NCBI GenBank assembly: GCA_019056785.1
Contig: DXJV01000030.1
Span: 1-56,840 of the forward strand
Length of the DNA: 56,840 bases
Direction: 5' to 3'
Origin: Candidatus Heimdallarchaeota archaeon
Lineage (GTDB): Archaea; Asgardarchaeota; Heimdallarchaeia; JABLTI01
Position 1 is the stretch's first letter. Each line of letters begins with the position of its first letter. The notes beneath the pieces are model-generated. The model saw only the letters and a program-made list of their open reading frames with translations, had not been told where the DNA came from and did not search any database. This document shows positions 10,905 through 19,842 of the stretch, one piece after another. A program made the translations under genes and the position numbers.

Positions 10905-11835
10905 GTACCTCTACACATATCTTCTTGATTATAATAGATGCATCTTGTCCAGGAATCACCTCAACTGATTGAGGGAGAACTAATTGAGCTATTTCAGCTA
11001 TCAGAGCATTACTTGCTCTTTGGGTTTTCTCTCTTTGCATACGTGCTGCAATTAACTTAGCAAATCCTATTGAAGTTCTTATGCTTGGTGGTTTTTCTAT
11101 TAAATCATGAGTTCGGCATTTAGTAATTATATCAAGTATAGAATCCAAAACATTCCTTTCTAAATCAGCTACTGTGCATTGAGTACGAACAATCTTTTCT
11201 TCTGTTTTTCGAGGCGGATATGTTAATGAGCACCAAACTTTAATCCTATCCTTAATTGCTCGAGGTAAACTTCTAGTTCCCTTTAATTCTGAAGGATTCA
11301 TAGCTGCAATGAAGAAGAAATCATCATGTACTTTTATCCAGGTTCGTAGTTGAGGGATGTATAATCGTTTTTCCTCAAGCGCATCGAGAAGTGAATTGAG
11401 TATGTATTCATCACCACGATTTATTTCATTTGCAAGAAAAACCGAACCTTCCAAACATGCTAAAGTAAATGGACCGGGGATAAATGATTTCGGTGAATAC
11501 CCTAATTTAAAAACAAGTGTTGGGTCAAATGACCCTATTAATGTAGATGGTCGTATTAAATCGGAAAACGTTACCCAATAGAAACCACGTTTCAAATCTT
11601 CCGCAACTTTACGGCATAGAGTTGTTTTTCCAACTCCAACGGGTCCAATTAAACCTGCATATAAACCAGCGTTATAAGCATCCATAATTCCTTCAAAGGC
11701 CATTTTGTATTGACCTTCTAATACTAAATCGATTTTTTCCGTTTCTTCTGAAGAAATAATTGATTCTTTGAATATCTTCAAAAATTCGCTATCTTCGATT
11801 GTTTTTTTGGTTGTCCCGGAAGGTTTCTTTGACAT
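10891..11835 (-). CDS. MoxR-family AAA+ ATPase
   Basis: Walker A GPVGVGKT, Walker B variant FLANEINR, sensor AAMNP, LPRAIKDR, PSIR. Confidence 0.93.
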   Translation of the reverse strand: MSKKPSGTTKKTIEDSEFLKIFKESIISSEETEKIDLVLEGQYKMAFEGIMDAYNAGLYAGLIGPVGVGKTTLCRKVAEDLKRGFYWVTFSDLIRPSTLIGSFDPTLVFKLGYSPKSFIPGPFTLACLEGSVFLANEINRGDEYILNSLLDALEEKRLYIPQLRTWIKVHDDFFFIAAMNPSELKGTRSLPRAIKDRIKVWCSLTYPPRKTEEKIVRTQCTVADLERNVLDSILDIITKCRTHDLIEKPPSIRTSIGFAKLIAARMQREKTQRASNALIAEIAQLVLPQSVEVIPGQDASIIIKKICVEVLGIG

Positions 11836-11850
11836 AATTCCTACCTCTTA

Positions 11851-12906
11851 TTATTTAGGCCCAACATATTTTATCACGTTAAGTTCGATCCCTATCTTTT
11901 TGAAGGCCAACTCTATTAGCGCAAATACTTCTTGTTCTATCCATTTTTTCCTTTCAGATATTTTTAGATTGTTAATTAACTTCTTGCCTAAAGTTGTCTC
12001 CCGTAATTGTGATATATCATATTGTTTCTTAGTTGCACCTTTAAAGATAACCGGAGCATTTCTTACTTCCTCTTGTCTTATTTGTAGTACTTTTTTGGCA
12101 AGATCTTTGTAATTTGATTCCATTAATAAGTCAAAATTAACTAAATCCGAACTATTTGTCTTCAGCCAATTTTCAATGTCTTTAACAAATAAATTTTCTA
12201 TAAGTGTAAGTTTCTCTTTTATTGTGATTTTTTTCCCAATAGCTGTTTTTATTTTCTTATAAGCAGTAGCACTTGTAACATATTCAGGGAAACTAAAGAA
12301 TAACTTTGGTAAAACGAGAGCTAGAATTTCATAAGCACTTAAATCATCTTTTAGAGAACAAATCTTCTCAAGACAAGCTTCACTAAAAAGAATGTCTAAA
12401 GTATCAATAATTGAATTATATATCTGCTGTTTTAAGTGGGGAAATAATAGATTCTCAGTGTTGAATTGAGAAATTTGAATCAAACTAGTTATTAGCTTTA
12501 TTAAATCATCTTTTTCAAAAACATCAGTTTTTGATAGTTTTTCTTTATTTCTAAAAAAGTCTCGAGCAATTTCAAGAAAATGCCTACTACGTCCCGGGTA
12601 ATCCCATGAAAGAATTTCTACATCAGGATTCTCCTTAATATACCTAATTAAGTCGAGAGGTTTGAATTTTTTAATTGGCATAATAACTTTACCAGAGTCA
12701 CAAACATAAATCGGTTCTTTTTCGCAAAGGATAATATCGCCGGGTAAGATATTATATGAAATTGGAGAATCTCGAGGGAAATAGTAAATAAATCCCGGTT
12801 CAAGCCATGATGTCCATTGAGTTTGAAATGAGCCAATAATACCTTGATATGGGTGTATTGAAAGATCTACTTCAACTATAATTTGTTCTGTCAAAGTGAC
12901 CCCCAC
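11851..12906 (-). CDS. hypothetical protein (MoxR-vWA operon)
   Basis: 351-aa ORF, co-oriented and tightly spaced with neighbours; no recognised motif. Confidence 0.8.
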   Translation of the reverse strand: MGVTLTEQIIVEVDLSIHPYQGIIGSFQTQWTSWLEPGFIYYFPRDSPISYNILPGDIILCEKEPIYVCDSGKVIMPIKKFKPLDLIRYIKENPDVEILSWDYPGRSRHFLEIARDFFRNKEKLSKTDVFEKDDLIKLITSLIQISQFNTENLLFPHLKQQIYNSIIDTLDILFSEACLEKICSLKDDLSAYEILALVLPKLFFSFPEYVTSATAYKKIKTAIGKKITIKEKLTLIENLFVKDIENWLKTNSSDLVNFDLLMESNYKDLAKKVLQIRQEEVRNAPVIFKGATKKQYDISQLRETTLGKKLINNLKISERKKWIEQEVFALIELAFKKIGIELNVIKYVGPK

Positions 12907-13619
12907 CTTTCAATTATTTCTGATGAAATTCCTAATAAATTTACTATTTTTTCTATATTAGGAATTACTTCCTTAAAGACAGGATAATAAAGAACTACAT
13001 CATTCCTTTGAATTCTTCTCCCAGATCCACTGCTTTTTGGTTTAATAGAAATCCTTTGAATTACCCATGCGGTTTTTGGGTCCAGTGAATAGAAAGGCAT
13101 CTTTACATTTACACGCCAATCTGACCCTCTTGCATAAGAATCTACAGAGAATCTTAAGCCTGCTTTATGTAAGTCGATTCCATGTTCTCTAATGAAATTT
13201 ATCAACCACTCACATTTCTTTTTCAAACCAATATCATAAGATAATCGTTCAATTGTCAGATATTTTTCAAGTAACTGATGAAGGCTTTCACTCCAATAAG
13301 CAACTTCTTCTAGTGGTAAAAGGAGCTTTGATAATTCATGTAATTGCACTTGTTCATCTATTGCTTTTCTAACCAAATCTAATTGCTTTTCAATGTCAAA
13401 GCCTTCTTTGGTTTCCGAATCAAAATAGTTTGAAGATGAGCAGGTATATCCCCAGGGTTGACGAGTGATATTAGAAATTTTAGCCGGAAAAGCAGTATCT
13501 CCTTGAGGACAAAGATGATTATTTAAACCAACATATACCCATTGTGTAATAGAACGACCTATGTCTCCCCATGGGTATGTACGGGCTATCCAAAAGTAAT
13601 ATACTCCTGATTTTAACAA
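12891..13619 (-). CDS. hypothetical protein (first gene of MoxR-vWA operon)
   Basis: 242-aa ORF overlapping the next gene; TATA-like TTTAAATAT upstream on the minus strand (~13661-13669). Confidence 0.78.
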   Translation of the reverse strand: MLKSGVYYFWIARTYPWGDIGRSITQWVYVGLNNHLCPQGDTAFPAKISNITRQPWGYTCSSSNYFDSETKEGFDIEKQLDLVRKAIDEQVQLHELSKLLLPLEEVAYWSESLHQLLEKYLTIERLSYDIGLKKKCEWLINFIREHGIDLHKAGLRFSVDSYARGSDWRVNVKMPFYSLDPKTAWVIQRISIKPKSSGSGRRIQRNDVVLYYPVFKEVIPNIEKIVNLLGISSEIIERWGSL

Positions 13620-13768
13620 ATCGTAAACCCCTTTGTTATCAGTAGTAAATGAATTTTGTTATATTTAAACTTTGTAGATAAAATTTCGCCAATAAGTGCA
13701 ATTGGTAATTTCGGCGATAAAGAACAGATCCTAATTTTAATAATTGTAAAAAATGTACTTGGGACATC

Positions 13769-14977
13769 TCAACCTTGTCTACCATTTTTCGCAAAAACTT
13801 GAACTATTCCCCTTGTCTTACAAAAAACAACAAAGTCTGCCATTTGATCCAAGCTAATGTTGAATTTATGAGCAACTGCTAAAATAGTTTTTACTCCATC
13901 AAACTCTTTGTAGGCTTTAACCATTTTATTAAAGAATTTTTGCTGGAACTCTCCTTCCAATATCTTGTAATTTTCAACAGAGATTAGTGCTTTTGGTGCT
14001 AAAGAGTCGGCTTTTATCATTAATTCTAACGCTGCCTTTAAGAGCGTATCTTTGTTTTTTCTCACCACACGTTCATCTAAAATTTGCAATGTCTTTTTCA
14101 TCGGTTCGTTTCCGAAATCAAGTCCAACATCTGCCATTGCATCTGTTAAACTGTCCATTTCTTCCACAATAGCATTTATTCTTGTCAAACCCAGCTGGGT
14201 TGGAAAAATGATCGAGCAGAAACGGAGATTCGTTGTTGAAACCACTATCGCTTGCCGGCCTTTCAAACTTACCATCGTGAAGCTTTGTTTTGTTTTTGGT
14301 ATGATGATACCTTCTGCATACATTGTCTTAACTTTTACCGCAATATCTGATGGAACAATTTTATTTGCTTCAATCCAATCAGGGAGAAATGAGCTGTTAA
14401 TCTTCTGCCCCTCAAAATCCACAAATAAAATACCAAACCAGTTTTCAAAAAGTTTCGCCACATTCTGCTGTTTTCCTTTAGAGAGGTCCTTAAAAACACT
14501 CTTTATCACTTTCGTTGTTTCCTTTTTCCCCGTGCCCTGAAATTCAAGGCAAACCTTGTCTATAAGTTTACTGAAATTGCTTGGCTTGCCATAAGCAGTT
14601 CTCACAGCAAACTTTAACATCTTAATAATTTCAGCCTGATAATCGGTATTTTCAACTAATGCAACTGCAACATCAATAAGTTCGGTTTCGTTTATTTTCC
14701 GGATGGTCCTTCCGACTAACAGTTCTTCTCCAGTTCTGGTTGTCACCTTATCTATTTGTCCATGAGAGATACCCGTATAAAACTCCCCTAAATGTGCCAG
14801 ATCTTTTAAAAACTCGAGATATTCAATTTTCCCAGGAGTGAGTTGGCAAATATAGGCTATCGGGCCAATAATAATATCAAAAGTCACAAGGAAAAGAGCT
14901 TTTATACCCATCTCTTTCAAAATGGGTTTTGAGAAAGTTGATAGTTCTAATTCCTTGTAATGTTCTTCGAGTGCCAT
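13769..14977 (-). CDS. longin/uDENN-like protein with C-terminal winged helix (NPRL2/folliculin-like)
   Basis: N-terminal IKALFLVTFDIIIGP (uDENN/NPR2-type F-x4-GP strand-turn); second longin-like segment (FGILFVDFEG); C-terminal FDGVKTILAVAHKFNISL...RGIV. ATG 14977 follows a GGTGA SD. Confidence 0.65.
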   Translation of the reverse strand: MALEEHYKELELSTFSKPILKEMGIKALFLVTFDIIIGPIAYICQLTPGKIEYLEFLKDLAHLGEFYTGISHGQIDKVTTRTGEELLVGRTIRKINETELIDVAVALVENTDYQAEIIKMLKFAVRTAYGKPSNFSKLIDKVCLEFQGTGKKETTKVIKSVFKDLSKGKQQNVAKLFENWFGILFVDFEGQKINSSFLPDWIEANKIVPSDIAVKVKTMYAEGIIIPKTKQSFTMVSLKGRQAIVVSTTNLRFCSIIFPTQLGLTRINAIVEEMDSLTDAMADVGLDFGNEPMKKTLQILDERVVRKNKDTLLKAALELMIKADSLAPKALISVENYKILEGEFQQKFFNKMVKAYKEFDGVKTILAVAHKFNISLDQMADFVVFCKTRGIVQVFAKNGRQG

Positions 14978-15557
14978 GGTACTCACCCTTTTTTTCTTAT
15001 TGGACAATTGCTCTTTTGCCCCTTTTTATGGCATCTGGTGATTTAGGACGATCTTCAGAGGTACAATCTATTGCCAATTTTTTCCCGCAAGTGCCTTTTT
15101 GACAAACAGCTTTTATTGCTTCTTACTGTTTTTAACTAAAGATATTTCGTAATTAAGTTTCTTAAAAGTTATTGTCAAGCATTTTTACTGGTTATTGTTA
15201 AGTAACTCTATGTGTGCTCTTTTTTTAGTCTTCTGGAAAGAACATCCGTATAACTTTGCTTTCAAATACCTTTAGCAAGTCTCCACAACAATATCAAGAT
15301 ATTGCTTGTGTTTTAATAGACTGTTTATTCTCTACTAAGGTACTCAGTATGAGGATGCCTAAATAATGCCACCTGTCGAACTCGAGTATTGGGCTAAGAA
15401 TTTACAGAGTTTACAATGATTATATCAAGAGCGACAACAATCAAAAAACATCATTTGTTAAGGAACGAAAGCAAGAAATGTCTCAGAATACTTTTGAGAC
15501 TATTTTTGAGGGATGAAAAAGCTTTTTTTAACTGGCCCTGTTTTTCACCAAAGTTTT

Positions 15558-17204
15558 TCATTGGATTAGTTGTTTAAGCTCTTTTAGAATGCTTTTACAG
15601 AGTTCTTTATCGAGTGTTTCTTTATCCGATCCATCGATAGCTATATCCTTTGCCTTCAGCGCTTTTGCAAGGATCATTTGTGCTTCATTCTCTGTTAATA
15701 ACAAACCCAATTCGAGAGATAATTTCTTCAAAACTCTTGCAGAGGCAAGAAGCTCGTCTGTTTCATCAAATAGCTCTTTTAGATAGAAATCACGTATTAA
15801 GAACCAAAGCTTTTTTTCTGGCAACTTCTTCATTTTTGCTCCGAGGGGTTCTTCTTCTACGGGCTTAAAGTCTAGAACACTTTTTCCTTGTAAGCTTGAG
15901 CTCTGCTTATGGCCTTTAGCCAGTTGTGTGGCGATGATTGTTTGGTAGGAGGGAGAGCCTTCAAGGACTTCGAGGACAATTTCATTGAGTAAAGAAAGAA
16001 CCTTCTCATCTACACTTGTCCCGGGAAATTCTTTTGCCCCAATGGGTGAAAGGCGGTACATCAATTGACTATCGAAACGTTTAATGATGCATTGTTCTTC
16101 CCGCATGTCTAATTGTAACAAAGTAGTTAGCCGTTTTAAGAAGCTCTTACCAAATAATGATGGTTTTTGGTGATTTGTAAGGAATGCCTTTCGGTAATCT
16201 TCATTAATTAAATCAGCAATGACTTCCGATCTTTTTTCTTTTGGAAGATCATCAAATGCCAAAAGTACTCGCACTAATTTGTCTGTTATTAGATCTTTTT
16301 CCTTTTGTTGAAAAACCTCTTCACTTCTGAGAGTATTCTTTGCATTTTTTTGCATTTCAGAGATAAGTTCTACTGTGTTATCAAGCAGGTTATATTCTAA
16401 CAAAATGAAGGCTTCTAGGACCAATTCAGAAGCAATTCGCCAGCTCATTTCTACCAAATCATGAGTGCAACACTGTAATTCCTCTTCAATTTGGTTATAT
16501 TGAATAATGGCTTTTCCCGCCCAACCATTTGCATCGAGAGCCATGATAATTTCTTTTAAAGAGGATATGTTAGCATAAAACCTATTACATAAGTCCTCTA
16601 CAATTTTGGGAGCTTTTTCCATAGCTTTCCCTTGTATTGAGCAGAGAAAACTTGCTGCAGCATCATAACAAGTTGCAGAGTGATGATCTTTTATCCAGAA
16701 AATCAACAACGGTTTAATAATATTCTCAATTAAAAATATGCGTTCAAGAATATAGAGTGCTGAGTCTTCTTTGCTGCCTTTTGAGTGACCAAATAATGAG
16801 CGGTCAAGAGCGAGTAGTTTTGATATTTTCAACCGTAACTTTTTCAGCAAATCAATGGTCAAATACTTTATCCAAAACCCTTCCTCTAATGAAAATCTCA
16901 GTAAAAAAGAAGGAATGTTAGGAAGCTCGAAATGTACTTTTTCTAAACGCTTTAATTCATAATTATAGAAATTGGCTGAAAATTTGCGATTAATATTATA
17001 ATCGAATTCCATAACAAAAATTGCTTGTGCGAGTTCTTTAGAAACTTTAAATTCCCTTATAATATCTGCCAATTCTTGCTCCGGAGCAATACTCATTCTT
17101 TCTAAGAGATAATCTTGAATTTGCTCTTTTTGTTTAGTGAGAAGAGCAATTGCTTCTTTTAAGGGCTCTTCTTGAATGAATTTCCCAACATCGAATTTAG
17201 ACAT
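15558..17204 (-). CDS. hypothetical alpha-helical protein
   Basis: ~548-aa E/L/K-rich ORF with no recognised motif; ATG 17204. Confidence 0.85.
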   Translation of the reverse strand: MSKFDVGKFIQEEPLKEAIALLTKQKEQIQDYLLERMSIAPEQELADIIREFKVSKELAQAIFVMEFDYNINRKFSANFYNYELKRLEKVHFELPNIPSFLLRFSLEEGFWIKYLTIDLLKKLRLKISKLLALDRSLFGHSKGSKEDSALYILERIFLIENIIKPLLIFWIKDHHSATCYDAAASFLCSIQGKAMEKAPKIVEDLCNRFYANISSLKEIIMALDANGWAGKAIIQYNQIEEELQCCTHDLVEMSWRIASELVLEAFILLEYNLLDNTVELISEMQKNAKNTLRSEEVFQQKEKDLITDKLVRVLLAFDDLPKEKRSEVIADLINEDYRKAFLTNHQKPSLFGKSFLKRLTTLLQLDMREEQCIIKRFDSQLMYRLSPIGAKEFPGTSVDEKVLSLLNEIVLEVLEGSPSYQTIIATQLAKGHKQSSSLQGKSVLDFKPVEEEPLGAKMKKLPEKKLWFLIRDFYLKELFDETDELLASARVLKKLSLELGLLLTENEAQMILAKALKAKDIAIDGSDKETLDKELCKSILKELKQLIQ

Positions 17205-17340
17205 CTCACAGGCAGGCTCCAATTTCTACTAGTTATAACATCATTCCAAGTTTTTAAAACAGCAATGGTATCGGCAAAAAAGAAAAAGAACTCTCTCTTT
17301 CAAAAAAAGGGGGAAAGACTCAATGAAAACAGCTGGAAAG

Positions 17341-17601
17341 TTATTTGCTTGGCTCAGAGTCCGGTTCTACTGTTGAAGAACTATCCTTATTTTTTGATTC
17401 GGCCTGCTGATTTTTACTAATGACCACAACTGAAAAGAAAAACAAACAACCAAGAAGGAACACACCGAAGACAACCCAAAGAGAAATTTCTACTAAAGCC
17501 AAAATAATTGCGGCAATCCAACTGAAAAGAAAGGCAACGATGAGAAAATCATATCCAATAGCAATTGCAATTTCCTTTGTATCTTCTTTTAATGTTGTCA
17601 T
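17341..17601 (-). CDS. small two-TM membrane protein
   Basis: MTTLKEDTKE followed by two hydrophobic helices and a polar tail. Confidence 0.7.
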   Translation of the reverse strand: MTTLKEDTKEIAIAIGYDFLIVAFLFSWIAAIILALVEISLWVVFGVFLLGCLFFFSVVVISKNQQAESKNKDSSSTVEPDSEPSK

Positions 17602-17731
17602 TTGCTTTTTCTCTCTATATTTTAGTAGTAATCTACAATTGTTAAACATTTATGCTTTTTTAGTCTTTGCCCAAAAACCATTTAAGGCTTTTTGAAAATA
17701 CAGCATTTTTTTTAGACAAAAATAAGACCCC

Positions 17732-19735
17732 TTAGCTTTCTCCTTGAGGAGCGAATTTTTGATAGGTTTTTTTATCTTTGGGCAAAGTGAAATAGAATGT
17801 TGAGCCCTTATTATTACCTTTGGATTCAGCCCAAACAGACCCACCATGAACTTCGACAATGCTTTTCACAACTGACAAACCTAAACCAGAGCCGGGGCTT
17901 TTTGGATTTACTTTGACATATTGATTGAAAATTCGTTTAAGATCTTTTTTCGCAATACCAATACCATTATCTTTAACTGCTATTTCCACAAAATTATCCT
18001 CTACGGATCGAGCGGAAATTTCAATCCGGCAATCGATGTCAGTAAATTTAATGGCATTCAATATCAGATTTTTAAATACCCTAACGATTTGCTCTTTGTC
18101 GCACCACACGTTCAATTTATCAGGAATGTTGAAATTAACTAAAAACCCTTTGTCAATCACAATAGAACCCACTGCTTCCATGGCAGCCATGGCAATCGCT
18201 TTGACTTTTTCTTTCTTGAAAGTGAGAGTAAAGCCTTGAGTCTCGAGAGTGGTATAATCCAAAATATCAATAATACTCTTTGAGACATTCTCCAAATTGT
18301 TTCGGAGGTATTCAATAGTTCCAAATAACTCTTCATTAAAGTCGCCCAATTCTCCGGAAAGAATTTGATCGATTAATTCTTTGGAGTTCTTTAATGGTTC
18401 GAGAAGATTCGAAGTGGTAATTTCGACAAAATGAGCGCGTTCTTTATTTAACTGCATCAGTTTCTTATTCAATTTCTCAAGTTTTCGATAAGATTGTTGG
18501 AGCTCTTCTTCTTGCAAGGCAATTGTTGTAACATCTTCGGCAAGAACTAAGATTTCATTAATCTTGCCTTCTTTTGTTGCCATGGGCACGACTTTCAAAC
18601 TGATGATAGAGAAGGGTTTTGGATTCTTGGCATTTATACGTTTGATTGATAAGCGATTAAGTGAAATGCTTTCGCCTTGTAAACCTTTACGAAAATGCTG
18701 AAGTAAACTTTTAGGGAAAACTAATGCCTTTTTCTCTTCCTCTTGTTGCAACACTTTGACGCCGAGAACTTCACTCCGTTTCTTATCGATCAGCATTTCC
18801 ACAAGGGGGTTCATACTGGTTAAGATGCCCTCATCATTGATTGTGAAAATCGCAATAGGGGAATAATTGATAATATTGTCCAATTCTTGACGTGTGCGCC
18901 TAAATTTCTCTTCGGGAACAAGTGCACTGAAGAGGGCAGAATGAAGTTTATAAACATCAGGAACAGAGGTAATCTTTTCATCGCCAATCACAATAGTCGG
19001 GAGAGAAAGAATCTCATATTTCTCTGCATATTCCGGTTCTTCCTCTATATCGATTTTTCGATAGGTAATCTTTCCCCCATAGGCAGAGAGCACTTCTTGC
19101 AACACTTCTTCTGCAGGGGCACAATAAACACAATCTTTTGAGGTGAAGAGGAAGATTTCAGCATGAATTTTTGTAGTCTCAGCGATAATCGAACCCAGTT
19201 GTTCGTACAACTCGAGTAGATTGTTATAAAGGGTTTGTAATTCATCATTCTTTTTTCTAAGCTCTCTTTCAACGAGTTTACGGTCACGAATGTCGGTAAT
19301 TAGTGCGTAGGTTCCAATTGTCTCCCCTTCCTTCCCAAGGATCGGCGTAGCGGTTATTAAAACCGGAATGGAGGTACCGAATTTCGTTTTAAGGGTCACT
19401 TCATATTGTGAGGTTCGCTTCTCTTTATATCGCGATTCAGTTTCTCTGATGACTTTTTGCCGATCCTCTTGAATGATAATCGTTAGTGAATCTTTTCCGA
19501 TGAGCTCTTCAGGCTCATATCTGAGGAGTTTAGCTATATTACGGTTAATATAGGCAATTCTACGATTCATGTCAGTTGCTATTATTCCATCGGCCATAAC
19601 TTCTATAACTGTTTTATACCAATTACTGTCTCGGAGCACCTGTAATAAATTCTCAGGGATAGCATAATCCTTTTCTTCGTCAGTGGCTCTCCCACCTTTT
19701 GCAGTAAAATTCAACGTTGAATAACCTCGACACAA
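17732..19735 (-). CDS. PAS-thioredoxin-PAS sensor histidine-kinase-like protein (H-box His absent)
   Basis: PAS (DGIIATD..YIN..EELIGK), thioredoxin (FTSKDCVYCAP..LSLPTI), second PAS, DHp-like helix, and HATPase N/G1/G2 boxes (NLILNAIKF, DNGIGI, GSGLGL). Start codon uncertain. Confidence 0.9.
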   Translation of the reverse strand: MCRGYSTLNFTAKGGRATDEEKDYAIPENLLQVLRDSNWYKTVIEVMADGIIATDMNRRIAYINRNIAKLLRYEPEELIGKDSLTIIIQEDRQKVIRETESRYKEKRTSQYEVTLKTKFGTSIPVLITATPILGKEGETIGTYALITDIRDRKLVERELRKKNDELQTLYNNLLELYEQLGSIIAETTKIHAEIFLFTSKDCVYCAPAEEVLQEVLSAYGGKITYRKIDIEEEPEYAEKYEILSLPTIVIGDEKITSVPDVYKLHSALFSALVPEEKFRRTRQELDNIINYSPIAIFTINDEGILTSMNPLVEMLIDKKRSEVLGVKVLQQEEEKKALVFPKSLLQHFRKGLQGESISLNRLSIKRINAKNPKPFSIISLKVVPMATKEGKINEILVLAEDVTTIALQEEELQQSYRKLEKLNKKLMQLNKERAHFVEITTSNLLEPLKNSKELIDQILSGELGDFNEELFGTIEYLRNNLENVSKSIIDILDYTTLETQGFTLTFKKEKVKAIAMAAMEAVGSIVIDKGFLVNFNIPDKLNVWCDKEQIVRVFKNLILNAIKFTDIDCRIEISARSVEDNFVEIAVKDNGIGIAKKDLKRIFNQYVKVNPKSPGSGLGLSVVKSIVEVHGGSVWAESKGNNKGSTFYFTLPKDKKTYQKFAPQGES

Positions 19736-19842
19736 ATCATATTAGGTTAGTTCTATTGGAAGAGTTTCCTTTACCAAAAAATAAATCTTATGATAAAGGA
19801 AGTTTCATAGCATTTTTCTTTTTAGCAAATGTTAAGCCATTG

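Noticed and set aside
4875-13768. Calling the AT-rich operon a mobile element
   Set aside because: No integrase, transposase, tRNA target or flanking direct repeats found.
15008-15557. 550-bp intergenic gap as ncRNA or small gene
   Set aside because: Only very short ORFs; no tRNA-like or convincing stem structure seen by eye.
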